Sequence record: ON529851.1
Reading direction: 5' to 3' (one strand)
DNA: 64,000 nucleotides
Positions 9,015 to 19,246 of this stretch are shown here, piece by piece; within the stretch, counting starts at the first letter, position 1; every line of letters starts with the position of its first letter. The notes below the pieces were generated by a model. The model had not been told where the DNA came from. It made no database searches and was given only the letters and a program-made list of their open reading frames with translations. A program made the position numbers and the translations under genes.

Positions 9015-9758
9015 CTAGACCGGAGGCAGGTTGTTGAGATTGACGGTCGGCGGGGCGCCGTCTTTGCCGGTCTTGGCGGCTTGGAGGATCGACTCCATCA
9101 GGGTCTTGGTCGCCGTGCCTTCGCGCAATCTTTCAGCGGCGGAAGAGGCGTTGATGTTCTCGGCGTTGGCTCCCGGCGACGACAGGATGGCTTGGAGGCA
9201 AGCCCGCATCGCACCTTTAGCGGCGAGGTCGGCTTGCGTCGCCGCGTCGTGCAGGGCGGCGGCGTAATCCCCCTGCCCTTCGTCCGCCATCTGCATAAGA
9301 CGGGCGCCCTCTTGCAGCATCCGCACCGCTTCGTGGGCGGTGATGGCGATGGCGTTGGGCAGTTCGTCGGCCTCTTTGGCGTAGAGCGTCAGCAGCCGCG
9401 ACGCCTCTTCGGCGTCGCCGTTATAGACGGCGCCGGCGTCAGACCAATTGCTCGCCAGCACCGCCAAAGCGGCCTGAGCGGCGTAGTGGGCCAGGGTGGA
9501 GCCGCTTTCGAGGTTTTCAAGCTGCTGCGCCAGCCGCAGGGTCAGCGGGTCGGTGCTCTGGGCCAGCGCCAGGGTCAGGAACTCGGGCTGGACTTGGAAC
9601 TCCGTGACTGAGCCGTCGTCGGCGTCCGCCGACAGGCCTTCGGCGTCCCTGTAGTGCTGAATGGCGAACTCCAGCGAGCGACGGACATGGTCGGGGCTCA
9701 CAGCGCCGCCTTCGATCTGCAAGCTGACGATGTAGTTGATGGTGACGGGTGCGGTCAT
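9015..9758 (-). CDS. Hypothetical early protein
   Basis: ORF track; RBS, promoter, terminator. Confidence 0.8.
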   Translation of the reverse strand: MTAPVTINYIVSLQIEGGAVSPDHVRRSLEFAIQHYRDAEGLSADADDGSVTEFQVQPEFLTLALAQSTDPLTLRLAQQLENLESGSTLAHYAAQAALAVLASNWSDAGAVYNGDAEEASRLLTLYAKEADELPNAIAITAHEAVRMLQEGARLMQMADEGQGDYAAALHDAATQADLAAKGAMRACLQAILSSPGANAENINASSAAERLREGTATKTLMESILQAAKTGKDGAPPTVNLNNLPPV

Positions 9759-9892
9759 CGGTGTCTCCTGATGTGGCGTTGATCCTGTTCTAGCACCGAT
9801 TCGTTAACAACAAGTTAACGGCGTGAGGAGATTTCGGCGTTAACCTTAACGCGACGGGGTCGCAAAACGCCCGGCCGAAGCCGGGCGCTGCG

Positions 9893-10666
9893 TCAGGCGG
9901 GGACGCGGGAGAAGTCGGGGCTGTCGCCGTCCGCGACCGTCAGTTCGATCCACGACATACGCTCCATGTGGCGTTTGACGGACCCCTCCGACGACAGGCC
10001 GTTGAGGATATAGGACAGGGCGAGAATCTTGCCCGCCTCGCTGGCTCGGGCGCTGATCTGGGTGCAGTAGGACGAATCCTCCACGAACTCCCAGACGTCG
10101 TTGATCCGGCGCTCGACGGCGACCCGCATCAGGGGCTCGTCGCCGCTGTCGGTCGGGTCATAGTCGCCCGACGCGCCCTCGCCCTCGAAGTCCAGAATCA
10201 CCGCCACGTCGTCGCGTTCCAGGCGCAGCGATGGGAAACGGATCACGTCCGGCTCCGGGGGCGCATCCGGCAGAAGGTCGGCGGCGGCGACCGCCCAGTC
10301 TTCCAGCAGGGTCGAAGCCTCGACCATGGACGCCCCGGCTTGGCGCGCGTCGGTCAGGGCCTGAATATGGACGATGGCGGTTTCCAGCGCCGCCTCCATC
10401 CGAACGACATCGGCGCGTTGGGCGTAGGCCTCGGCGGCGGCGATCAGGCGTGGCTTGAGCGCGGCGACCTGGGCCTCGTTCAGGGGAAGGCTGTCGCTTT
10501 CGTCGCCGTCGATCAGTTGCAGGTAGGAGCCATCGCCGGGGGCGTCGGCGAAAGAGAACAGGACGGCGATGTCAGAGTCGCCGGACTCGTCGGTGGGCGA
10601 GTTCCAGATGTCACAGCGGAAATCGAGGTGGCCGTCATTCTGTGTCATAAAGATCGGGGCGGACAT
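9893..10666 (-). CDS. Acidic hypothetical early protein
   Basis: ORF track; RBS, promoter, terminator. Confidence 0.8.
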   Translation of the reverse strand: MSAPIFMTQNDGHLDFRCDIWNSPTDESGDSDIAVLFSFADAPGDGSYLQLIDGDESDSLPLNEAQVAALKPRLIAAAEAYAQRADVVRMEAALETAIVHIQALTDARQAGASMVEASTLLEDWAVAAADLLPDAPPEPDVIRFPSLRLERDDVAVILDFEGEGASGDYDPTDSGDEPLMRVAVERRINDVWEFVEDSSYCTQISARASEAGKILALSYILNGLSSEGSVKRHMERMSWIELTVADGDSPDFSRVPA

Positions 10667-10804
10667 GGGCGTCTCCTGTCATTGCGTTGATCCTGTTCTA
10701 GCACCGATTCGTTAACAAGAGGTTAACGCCGCGCTGCGAAACACTCGCGTTAACCTTAACGGCCGGCGCCCAGAAAACGCCCCGACCGAAGCCGGGGCGC
10801 GGGG

Positions 10805-11122
10805 TCAGCAGACGGTGTTCGCGCCGACCGTTTCGGAGACGTGGGTGGGCTCTTCGTCATCGTCGGCCTCGGCGGCGACCTCGGACGCCATGTCGTCATA
10901 GGTCGCGCCCATGTCTTCGGTCCAGCCCTCCAGGGCGTTGACGGCGCCGGCAAGGTCGCCGCTCGCCCAGTTGTCCACCACGCCTTGCGCCAGCAACACG
11001 CCCTCGGCGGCGTCCTGATAGAGGCTCAGCAGCAGGGCCGTGGACAGGGTGACGGTCTTCTCGCCCGCCGCCATGGCGGCGTCGAGGACGGAGTCGATGG
11101 TCGGTTCAGCGGCGTCGGTCAT
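10805..11122 (-). CDS. Acidic hypothetical early protein
   Basis: ORF track; RBS, promoter, terminator. Confidence 0.8.
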   Translation of the reverse strand: MTDAAEPTIDSVLDAAMAAGEKTVTLSTALLLSLYQDAAEGVLLAQGVVDNWASGDLAGAVNALEGWTEDMGATYDDMASEVAAEADDDEEPTHVSETVGANTVC

Positions 11123-11177
11123 GGGTGTCTCCCGGTGGTTGATGGTGTGACCCTACAGGCCAGAGGTTAACAACTCG

Positions 11178-11582
11178 TTAATTGGCTTTGACTTCTTCGC
11201 CGTCCAGATAGACCAGCGAACCCATCATGCCAAAGACAGGGTTGCGGTCGCCGCGATCCTTTTCGGCGGCCTCGAACCGTTCGAGAATGGCGGGCTGGCG
11301 CGCGAACCGGATATTGCGGAAATACGGCGTCTGCTTCTTGTCCATCCCGTCGAAGGCGAACCACTCGCGTTCGTGCGTTCCGCCGCCGAACCACGTCCGC
11401 TTGCGGCGAATGTAGATGGCCCGCTCGCCGTTGCCGGCCAGCAGCCACACAGACCGACCCGGCAGGGCCAGCGACAGGTCGCGCAGGGCGTCGCGCATCA
11501 TTTGATCCGACAAGGCGAACAGGCGGATTTCCGCCGCCTCGACCGTTTCGAGGGCGACGACGAAGGGATCGCGGCGGCTCAT
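11178..11582 (-). CDS. Hypothetical protein
   Basis: Coupled (ATGA) to upstream gene. Confidence 0.75.
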   Translation of the reverse strand: MSRRDPFVVALETVEAAEIRLFALSDQMMRDALRDLSLALPGRSVWLLAGNGERAIYIRRKRTWFGGGTHEREWFAFDGMDKKQTPYFRNIRFARQPAILERFEAAEKDRGDRNPVFGMMGSLVYLDGEEVKAN

Positions 11583-11878
11583 GCGGCGACGGGGACGCAG
11601 CGCGTCCCTTCCGGCAGGAGGTCGAGCGCGGCTTGGGTGAAATGGAAGCGGATTGGCCCCTCATAGTCGCCGCGCGCGATGGCGTCGGCGGCGGCGGTTC
11701 CCCAGCCCGTGGAAATCGAGCCCTTGGGCGTGACATCAACCCAGTTGGGGGCGTCATAGAGAATCCTGATCCGCAGGGTGTTTTCGGTGTGGCGGATCAG
11801 AAAATACTCGGTCCCGTCCGGGCCGACGATCTTGTGCGTCGGCTTGGACAGCTTGGCGCTCGGGGGCAGGAAGGCCAT
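11579..11878 (-). CDS. Hypothetical protein
   Basis: RBS and promoter. Confidence 0.8.
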   Translation of the reverse strand: MAFLPPSAKLSKPTHKIVGPDGTEYFLIRHTENTLRIRILYDAPNWVDVTPKGSISTGWGTAAADAIARGDYEGPIRFHFTQAALDLLPEGTRCVPVAA

Positions 11879-12019
11879 GAGGTGTCTCCTTTGTTCCTGA
11901 TCGTTCTAGCAGGGATTCGTTAACAAGAGGTTAACGCGCAGCGAAAAACGCGCCGGGCCGGCGTTAACCTTAACGCGAGCGGGTCGCAGAAAGGCCGGGG
12001 CGAACCCCGGCCTTGCGCG

Positions 12020-12715
12020 TCACTCTTTGGCGTGGCCCGCGTCGATCTTCACCGCCAGTTCGTCCATCCGGTCGGCCTTGTGGCGCAGCCAGTCGGCGGC
12101 GCGCTCGATGACCTCGACCATCGGCAGACGGTGCACCAGACCGGACGGGAACGACCCCGACAGGTTGTCCAGCAGCGTGATCGGCGGGACGTGACCGCAG
12201 GCGATATAGGCCGCTGCAAGGTGGTCGGTCAGGTTCATGCCGCCGCCGGTCAGGGCGATTTCATAGTCCGGTTCGTCGTGGCGCCCGTTGTCGATCTCAA
12301 TCAGGGTGCAGGCCAGACCCCAGGCGTCGAAGCGCGCGGCGATGGCGGCGATGCCTTCCGAGTCGACGTATTTCAGATCGACCGGCCAGCCGTAATTCAT
12401 CATGGGGTCGAAGCTGTCGCGCCACTCGTCGTATCCCTCCGTCTGGCGGAAGGCGTCTTCCAGTTCTTCGTCGGCCAGCACGGCGGCGCCGTCCACCTCG
12501 AACAGGGCGCGCGCCTTGGGGAAGTCGTCCCACAGGTCCGCCGCCCGCTCGTCGATCACGCCCAACGTGATCGCGGGCAGGACCGATTGGAAGCCGGGTT
12601 CGCCGGTGTCGGCGTTATAGAACTCCGACCAGTCGCGCTCCATCGAGTCGTTGGTGATCGAGGCCAGCGAGAAGGCGGCGTCGGCGGCGATGGGGCGGGG
12701 GAAGGGGTTCGACAT
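12020..12715 (-). CDS. Phage hypothetical protein
   Basis: RBS; PMMNYGWP / IALTGGGMNL motifs. Confidence 0.8.
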   Translation of the reverse strand: MSNPFPRPIAADAAFSLASITNDSMERDWSEFYNADTGEPGFQSVLPAITLGVIDERAADLWDDFPKARALFEVDGAAVLADEELEDAFRQTEGYDEWRDSFDPMMNYGWPVDLKYVDSEGIAAIAARFDAWGLACTLIEIDNGRHDEPDYEIALTGGGMNLTDHLAAAYIACGHVPPITLLDNLSGSFPSGLVHRLPMVEVIERAADWLRHKADRMDELAVKIDAGHAKE

Positions 12716-12892
12716 GGGGTCTCCTGATCCAGCATAGGGGTCTGATGCTGTTGAACATAGACACCATGTCTTAACAAAAGGTTAAAATCAAGCGGCATTA
12801 GAACCCTATGCTGGAAGAAAGTGGTTAATCCCGCGTTAAGGTTAACGACCGCCGCCGGGCAAAAGAAAACCCGGCCGAAGCCGGGTCTCTCG

Positions 12893-13603
12893 TCAGGGCT
12901 GATCGGGTTCGGCGCCGTTCATGACATCGACCGCCCCCGCCCAGGCCTCGTCCTCGCTGACGGCCCAGACCACTTCATCGCCCTCGGGGTTGATGGCGGT
13001 GTAGGGGAGGGGGTCGCCCTCCTTCTCGGAGAAGACGACCGAATAACCCGCCGCCGAGGCGGTGGTCTCGTTGTCGTCGTCGTCGTCCTCGCTCCTGAGG
13101 AGGCCGTCGCCCGCCAGCAGGTCGTCAATCGCCTGATTGCCGCGCTCGGACAACAGGTCTTCGATGCGGCGGCTGTTGTCGCGCAGCCAACCTTCCGGGT
13201 CGTCGCCGCCGTAGCGGTCGGTCAGGTCGTCGGTGGTGAAGACGACCGGCACGGCGCCGGCGGCGCGGATGGCCTCGGTCAGGGTATAGACATCGACCTC
13301 GGCCCAGGTGGCGTGAATGTCCGACTGGAAGTCCGCGAATTTCTCGGCCAGCATCACCGTCTCATTGTCGGTCAGATCGTCCAAGGCTTCAATCTGGTCG
13401 AGCGGTTTGATCGTTTCGATCTCGTTGTCGGTCAGGGTTTCACGCAGGGTTTCAGGGTCGGAGCCGATGTAACCCAGGCGGTTGGCGGCGGCTTGCACCT
13501 GCGCCTTGATGGCCGCGCCGCGACAGGCGAACGTCACGGCCTCGGGGGCGTTGTTGCGCGACTGGTGGTTGAGTTGGAAAAGCTGGATGCGGGCGGTGGT
13601 CAT
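12893..13603 (-). CDS. Acidic hypothetical early protein
   Basis: ORF track; RBS and promoter. Confidence 0.8.
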   Translation of the reverse strand: MTTARIQLFQLNHQSRNNAPEAVTFACRGAAIKAQVQAAANRLGYIGSDPETLRETLTDNEIETIKPLDQIEALDDLTDNETVMLAEKFADFQSDIHATWAEVDVYTLTEAIRAAGAVPVVFTTDDLTDRYGGDDPEGWLRDNSRRIEDLLSERGNQAIDDLLAGDGLLRSEDDDDDNETTASAAGYSVVFSEKEGDPLPYTAINPEGDEVVWAVSEDEAWAGAVDVMNGAEPDQP

Positions 13604-13664
13604 GACGGGTGTCTCCCGGTGAATGTCGATGGGCTGACCCTAGCGGCCAGAGGTTAACAAGAGG

Positions 13665-13772
13665 TTAACCGATGGTGTAGCGGCGCCAGATTTGTTGCCC
13701 CAGCATGACGGCGAACACCGCCAGCATGACCAGCACGGTCACGACCAGGGTCCGGGGTCCGGGGCGGGCCAT
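13665..13772 (-). CDS. 35-aa single-TM peptide MARPGPRTLVVTVLVMLAVFAVMLGQQIWRRYTIG
   Basis: ATG overlaps upstream TGA; hydrophobic core. Confidence 0.6.
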   Translation of the reverse strand: MARPGPRTLVVTVLVMLAVFAVMLGQQIWRRYTIG

Positions 13773-14233
13773 CAGTCGCCCTCGTCGTCAAGGGTCTCGA
13801 TGTCGCGGATGCTGCCCTCCCACAGGTCGCCGACCGGCCAGTAGTCAAGCTGCATCTTGACGCGGGCGTAACCGGCGTCAGCGTCGGTTAGGCCCTCGGT
13901 GATGATCTCGACGATCTCGCCCCGGTCGCCTTCGTCGGGGCAGAGGGCGCGCTGACCCACTTCCCAGTCGCCCACCTCGACCTCGTCTTCCTCGTCCTCC
14001 TCAGCCGTGAAGGCTTCCAGCCCGCGCATGGCGTCGGCCCAGGCCGTGACCGCCGCGACGTTGTCGCCGAGGATCGGGGTGGTGGAGCCCCACTGATGAT
14101 AGGAGCCCTCGTAATAGGAGGCCTTGATGAAGTGCTCCAAGCCGCCGGGCTCGCGGCGGTGGAACACGACCCAGGCGCCGTCCTCGGCTTCTTGCGCGCT
14201 CGGGCCGCGAATGTCGATCAGCTTGGAAGTCAT
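13772..14233 (-). CDS. Acidic hypothetical early protein
   Basis: ORF track; RBS and promoter. Confidence 0.8.
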   Translation of the reverse strand: MTSKLIDIRGPSAQEAEDGAWVVFHRREPGGLEHFIKASYYEGSYHQWGSTTPILGDNVAAVTAWADAMRGLEAFTAEEDEEDEVEVGDWEVGQRALCPDEGDRGEIVEIITEGLTDADAGYARVKMQLDYWPVGDLWEGSIRDIETLDDEGD

Positions 14234-14393
14234 GACGGGTGTCTCCTGTCGGATGGCGTTGAAGCCTGTCTAGCAGGAAGGTCTTAACAATAAGTTAACG
14301 CTGGGCCAAGGGGCGATTTTAACTTATCGTTAAGGTTAACGGGCGGCGGTCGGAAAAGAAACGCCCGGCGGTTTGAAAGCCGGGCGTTTGGGT

Positions 14394-15005
14394 TCAGACG
14401 TAGGCGGCGGTTTCGGCCAGCATCTCCGTCAGGGTCTCAGCGGAGATCATGGCGGCGAGTTGGTAGCGGCGGGCCGCAGCGCGGTAGGTGGCGGCGGTCT
14501 CTTTGGTCGGGTCATCGTTGAAGGCGGCGCGGGCCTCGTCCAACGTCGGCTCGGGGGTGTCATGGTCCTCGCGAATCGTCAACAGCGGTTCGTCTCGGCC
14601 GATGGCATAGAGGAAGACCGACACATCGCGGTCGGGCTGGGCGAAGCCCTGCTGATTCCAGATCATCCCGGCGAAGTGTTCGGCGGCCTCGCGATCCAGC
14701 GTGTCCGCGATCCGGTTGTCCAGCACCGTGTCCGTGCGGTGGTCGAAGGCGACGACGCGGAAGCCGGGCAGCGCGGCGGGCTGCACCGCGAACTCATAGT
14801 GAATGTCGGCTTCGGCGATCCAGCGGCTGATCGCGGTGATGGTCGGTTCCAGATCGTCCGGGGCGTCGTTGTCCTGCTGACACTCGCGCACGACATCGCG
14901 CAGGGCCGCGTCTTCGCTGATGTGGAGCGAGGCGCCCAGCCCGCCCGAATGGGACGTGACCAGTATGACCAGGGCGGGCAGGCCGGGGATGGTGGAAAGC
15001 TTCAT
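14394..15005 (-). CDS. Hypothetical early protein
   Basis: Start MKLSTIPG after GGAGA RBS. Confidence 0.8.
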   Translation of the reverse strand: MKLSTIPGLPALVILVTSHSGGLGASLHISEDAALRDVVRECQQDNDAPDDLEPTITAISRWIAEADIHYEFAVQPAALPGFRVVAFDHRTDTVLDNRIADTLDREAAEHFAGMIWNQQGFAQPDRDVSVFLYAIGRDEPLLTIREDHDTPEPTLDEARAAFNDDPTKETAATYRAAARRYQLAAMISAETLTEMLAETAAYV

Positions 15006-15149
15006 GGGGGGGTCTCCTTCGGTGAGGCTCCCTTGTCGCACGGATTCATTAACAAGAGGTTAACGCGCCGCGTTTATTTTCCGTTAAGGTTAACGGCCAG
15101 GCCGGGACCGAAAAAGCCCGCCGGGGGGAGACAACCCGGCGGGCTCGGT

Positions 15150-15233
15150 TCAGATCAGCGTCAGCAGGCTGAGCGCGATCAGAAGGTTCATGGCGATGAC
15201 CGGGCGGACGTGCGTCCTCAGGACGGCGGTCAA
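15150..15233 (-). CDS. 27-aa hydrophobic peptide
   Basis: TTG overlaps upstream TGA; (M)TAVLRTHVRPVIAMNLLIALSLLTLI; terminator follows. Confidence 0.45.
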   Translation of the reverse strand: MTAVLRTHVRPVIAMNLLIALSLLTLI

Positions 15234-15541
15234 GCGCCGGGCTCCGGGAAGCGCATCCCGTCGCCGGTCAGGACTTCCAGCGCGGTCGCGGCGGGCTTCA
15301 ACCCGGACTGTTCCAGGTCGACGCCCAGCGAGCGGACGGCGTCCTTCTCATCCTCGCGCCACGCCCCGGCGACCGGGATCGCGCGTTCCAGCACCTTCTT
15401 GCGGTCGTCCTGATAGGCGCCGAGCGCCCGGAACTGGACCGGCGAGGCCTTGGTGCGCTGGCGGCTGAGCATGGTCACGACCAGCCGACGCTGCGGCGAG
15501 ACGGTGACGCGGAAGGTGCGGGTGACGGTCGGGGTCGGCAT
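15230..15541 (-). CDS. Hypothetical protein
   Basis: AGGAGGT RBS. Confidence 0.75.
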   Translation of the reverse strand: MPTPTVTRTFRVTVSPQRRLVVTMLSRQRTKASPVQFRALGAYQDDRKKVLERAIPVAGAWREDEKDAVRSLGVDLEQSGLKPAATALEVLTGDGMRFPEPGA

Positions 15542-15708
15542 TCAGACCTCCTTTCGGGGGAGTTGTTTCAGAGCCCAGCGCCGGGCCGCCCCTCGGGTCG
15601 GCAACGGGTTGGACATGGCGATCAGGGTGTCGTCGCCGTTCCAGGCGGCGCCGTAGTAGGTCCCGTCAGGGCAGGCGGCGGTGGTGACGTAGGCGGGGGC
15701 GCGCACGG

Positions 15709-16083
15709 TCAGTCCTCATCCTCAAAGACCAGATCGAACTCGCTGTCCGGGTCGTTGAACTCCAAGGCCGTGGATTCGGATACGGTGGTGGTGCGCGAGG
15801 CGCCGAAGAGACCCATGGCCTCGCCTTGCGAGACGACCGAATAGGTCATGCGGACATCGGTGATGCTGGCGAAGTCGCCGAAGTGCTGATCGCGGCGGAC
15901 CAGCCCCTCGATCGCGGTGACTTTGGCCGAGGCCAGCAGTTCACGGCGAAGCGACTGGACGGTGTCGCGGGCCTCGGCCGAGCCGTTGAACGGACGGACC
16001 AGTTCCAGCGTCTCGATGGCGCTGATCGTCTGATTCATCCAGCCGGTCCCGACCAGATAGAGTTTCAAGGCAGCGTGGCTCAT
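15709..16083 (-). CDS. Hypothetical protein
   Basis: RBS and promoter. Confidence 0.8.
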   Translation of the reverse strand: MSHAALKLYLVGTGWMNQTISAIETLELVRPFNGSAEARDTVQSLRRELLASAKVTAIEGLVRRDQHFGDFASITDVRMTYSVVSQGEAMGLFGASRTTTVSESTALEFNDPDSEFDLVFEDED

Positions 16084-16143
16084 GCGGGGTCTCCTTCCCG
16101 GTGGTCGATGGTCTATCCCTACAGGACAGGGGTTAACAATCGG

Positions 16144-16767
16144 TTAACGCGCGATGTCTCTTTCGCCCGCCTGCCATGCGTCGGCGAGGTCGTGGATTTG
16201 CTCGGCGGACAGGCCGGGGTGCTCCATGCCGTTGGTCAGGATTTGACCGATGTCGTTGTCGTCGGGGGCGACCCGACCGGCGGCGAGTTCACGCGCCAGC
16301 AGGCGCAGGCCCGCCATGGCGGCGTCGTATTCACGCGGGCTGAGGCCCAGGACCGACGCGTCGCGGGGGTCGTTCAGACCCTGGGCGATGACGGTCGCCT
16401 CGGCGCGGGACAGGACGCCCTGCCCCTCGACCAGGGCCAGGATGAAGTCCGAGCGCGAGGTCTGCGTGGCCTTCAACCCGTCGCGGTGCTCCTCCCACAG
16501 GGCGGCGGCGTCGGACAGGCTGAGGCCGCCGCTTTCCAGCCGGTCAATGTCGAACGACAGGGCCAGATGCTCGGCGCGGCGCAGGGCGGCCGACAGGTGG
16601 TCGAAGTTGTCGTCGGCCTCGCCCTGATCCACCACCTGATAGGGCGAGCGATCCGGGTCCACCACGCCCGTCCAGTCGATGACCGAAAACGCGCCGGTCG
16701 GCCCGGTGCGCTCGGCGGCGGTGCGCAGGTTGGCGCTGATCTCGTTGAGATGGATGGGCGCAGGCAT
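16144..16767 (-). CDS. Hypothetical early protein
   Basis: RBS and promoter. Confidence 0.8.
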   Translation of the reverse strand: MPAPIHLNEISANLRTAAERTGPTGAFSVIDWTGVVDPDRSPYQVVDQGEADDNFDHLSAALRRAEHLALSFDIDRLESGGLSLSDAAALWEEHRDGLKATQTSRSDFILALVEGQGVLSRAEATVIAQGLNDPRDASVLGLSPREYDAAMAGLRLLARELAAGRVAPDDNDIGQILTNGMEHPGLSAEQIHDLADAWQAGERDIAR

Positions 16768-16823
16768 GGGGCGTCTCCCGTGTTTCGATGATCTGACCCT
16801 ACAGGACAGATGTTAACAAGAGG

Positions 16824-17366
16824 TTAATGGTAGGCGTCGATTTCCGACAGCGGCGGCAGGATGCGGAAGGGGATCGCCTCGCCGCCGTTCGCCTTGGCGA
16901 AGGCGTTCTCATAGGTCTTGTAGAGGCGGTCGCGGCGCCCGTCCGTGCGCAGGGTCCACTTGGTCGGGTGGCCGGGTTCCCAATTCTGATTGTGAGCGGC
17001 CTCGACGGCGGCGATGAAGTTCGCGACGGTCATTCCGTCATGGTCCTGCCGGGTCGGGGAGATGCTGTTCAGTTCGTGCCAGGGGTGGTCGTCGGCGTAG
17101 TGGGCGCCGCCGCCGTCGCTGGACCACGAAGCCGATTCCATCCCCAGCATGACGGGCAGGAAGTCGTCGCCGTCGCCGGTCAGCAGGGAACAGACCTTGA
17201 CCGCCTGCTCCATCGTCATCAGGCCGTCCAGAATGAATTCCAGATGCTCCTTATAGTTGGAAGCGTCGCGATACATATAGGACAGGCGCGTGTTCTGTCC
17301 CGGATGGCCCGCCCAGACGGACGGGTTGATCTGGTGCGGCAGGGCGGCGGGGGTCTGGTCGGTCAT
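16824..17366 (-). CDS. Hypothetical early protein
   Basis: RBS and promoter; YMYRDASNYK motif. Confidence 0.8.
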   Translation of the reverse strand: MTDQTPAALPHQINPSVWAGHPGQNTRLSYMYRDASNYKEHLEFILDGLMTMEQAVKVCSLLTGDGDDFLPVMLGMESASWSSDGGGAHYADDHPWHELNSISPTRQDHDGMTVANFIAAVEAAHNQNWEPGHPTKWTLRTDGRRDRLYKTYENAFAKANGGEAIPFRILPPLSEIDAYH

Positions 17367-17429
17367 GGCGTCTCCTCCATGGGGTGATCTCGATTGAGAC
17401 CACCCTACAGGACAGAAGTTAACAAGAGG

Positions 17430-17912
17430 TTAATCGGCGGCGGGAATTCTGAGGTCCACGCCGAAGACGTGAACCAGTTCGCCGGTCGGCTTGCGCACGA
17501 TCACGCCCAGCCACTGCTCCTCGACAAAATAGCCCGTCACCTCGGCGTCGCCGATGCGATTGACGGCGACGCGCACGGTCGCGCCGACCGGGGGCGGGGA
17601 GTCCTCGCCGGACCACAGGACGGAACCGGCGAGGCCCGGCGGCAGCAGTCGGCCGTCCTTCCAGCGCGCCAGTTCATAGGCGGGGACGTGGGGGCGCCAC
17701 AGGGGGGCGTAGACCTCCATCAGCCACGTCGGGCCGTAGGTGTTGCGGATCGCGCGCAGCAGTCCGCCGTCCGCTTCCTGGGTGTCGCCGCCGGTCGCCC
17801 ACAGGAGGGTCAGATGCTCTTTCCAACCGCCTTCGACCTTGGCGTATTTGTCGGCGAAGTTCAGCAGGGCGGCGGACGCCTCGGGCGTCAGGGCGGGGTA
17901 GGTGTCAGGCAT
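17430..17912 (-). CDS. Hypothetical early protein
   Basis: RBS and promoter. Confidence 0.8.
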   Translation of the reverse strand: MPDTYPALTPEASAALLNFADKYAKVEGGWKEHLTLLWATGGDTQEADGGLLRAIRNTYGPTWLMEVYAPLWRPHVPAYELARWKDGRLLPPGLAGSVLWSGEDSPPPVGATVRVAVNRIGDAEVTGYFVEEQWLGVIVRKPTGELVHVFGVDLRIPAAD

Positions 17913-18068
17913 GGGGCGTCTCCCTTGTTCGATGATCCCTTATAGCCACAATGTCTTAACAAAAGGTTAATTCCATGACAAGGGCGTGCGGGCGTTAACC
18001 TTAATGTGGCGTTAAGGTTAACGCGACCGGGTCGCAAGAAAGGTCCCCGGCCGAAGCCGGGGACGGGG

Positions 18069-18533
18069 TCAGGCGGCGTCCTTGTATTCGGGGAATTTGG
18101 CGATCAGGGCGGCGACCGTCTCCTCGACCGACTTCATGTTGGGGAAGTAGTGGTCGGCCGGATCGGCGAAGTCCAAGGCGAAGTCGCAGATGAAGGGGAT
18201 CGCGTCCCACTGCCAGCAGCGGCAGCATTCGAACCAGTCGCGCCCGTCCTGATTGAAGGCGATCCACACCGCCTCGAAATAGGGGCCAAGGCGCATCATC
18301 ACGTCGCGCATCTCGGCGGAGCCGTAGCCGTCCAAGGCGTCGTCCCAGCGCGCGTAGGCGGCCCGCCGCTCCTTGTCCTTGGCGCGCTGGTTGCGCGAAT
18401 CGACGGACAGGGCGACATACTCCCACGCCGCCATGGACGCGTGGATCGCGGCAGACGGATAGCTGGCGCGCATCTTGCGATACTTCTTGGCCGTGGGCGT
18501 GGGCTTGAACGTGGTGCGGTGCTTGTAGGGCAT
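18069..18533 (-). CDS. Hypothetical early protein
   Basis: Start MPYKHR after GGAGGAGA RBS. Confidence 0.8.
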   Translation of the reverse strand: MPYKHRTTFKPTPTAKKYRKMRASYPSAAIHASMAAWEYVALSVDSRNQRAKDKERRAAYARWDDALDGYGSAEMRDVMMRLGPYFEAVWIAFNQDGRDWFECCRCWQWDAIPFICDFALDFADPADHYFPNMKSVEETVAALIAKFPEYKDAA

Positions 18534-18688
18534 GGGCGTCTCCTCCCGGTTGATCCTGAGACCATAGACCCTAGAAGTTAACAAGAGGTTAACGCCGTGA
18601 ACGTCATGCGCCGTTAAGGTTAACGCCCGCGTGCGGGGAAAGCCGCGCCGCCGGGGGAGACAACCCGGCGGCGCGGCAGGCGGCGACC

Positions 18689-19246
18689 TCAGACGTTGTA
18701 GTCGCCGTATTCCGTCCCGCACTGGACGATTTCGCCGGTGGCGTCGTCCCAGTGGATGCGGTTCAGGCGCAGGATGCCGCCCCTGACGTGGGTCCATTCC
18801 ACCTGACAGGTGATCATGTCGTCGAAGATCGCCTTGGGCTCGCCGTATTGCGACCAGTCGATGCCGCCGCGCTGATCGACCTCGCCCTTGGCGTCGGACA
18901 GGATGCGGGCCAGCACGTCGGGCATGAGGCGACCCGGCGCCCTCTTGGTCCCATAGGAGCCGCGCCCGCCGTTCGTCATGTTGCTGAACTTCGTGAGGTC
19001 CTGCACATAGTTCTCGACCTCGACCGTCCCCGGCTGGGGCAGGTCATACATCAGGTCCGACAGAATGTCGCCGACCGGATAGGACTCCGTGGCGGCGTCC
19101 AGCCTGTCGGCCAGTTCGGCCCCCTCGTCGCCCGGCTGGACGTAGAGTTCGGCGCCGTCGGCGCGGCGCGCCAGGACGCCGCCCATCGAATCACGCCAGG
19201 CCTTGAACCCGCCGTCGTCGCTCTCCCAGGTCGGCGCCTTGCTCAT
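18689..19246 (-). CDS. Hypothetical protein
   Basis: Coupled to upstream gene; terminator follows. Confidence 0.8.
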   Translation of the reverse strand: MSKAPTWESDDGGFKAWRDSMGGVLARRADGAELYVQPGDEGAELADRLDAATESYPVGDILSDLMYDLPQPGTVEVENYVQDLTKFSNMTNGGRGSYGTKRAPGRLMPDVLARILSDAKGEVDQRGGIDWSQYGEPKAIFDDMITCQVEWTHVRGGILRLNRIHWDDATGEIVQCGTEYGDYNV

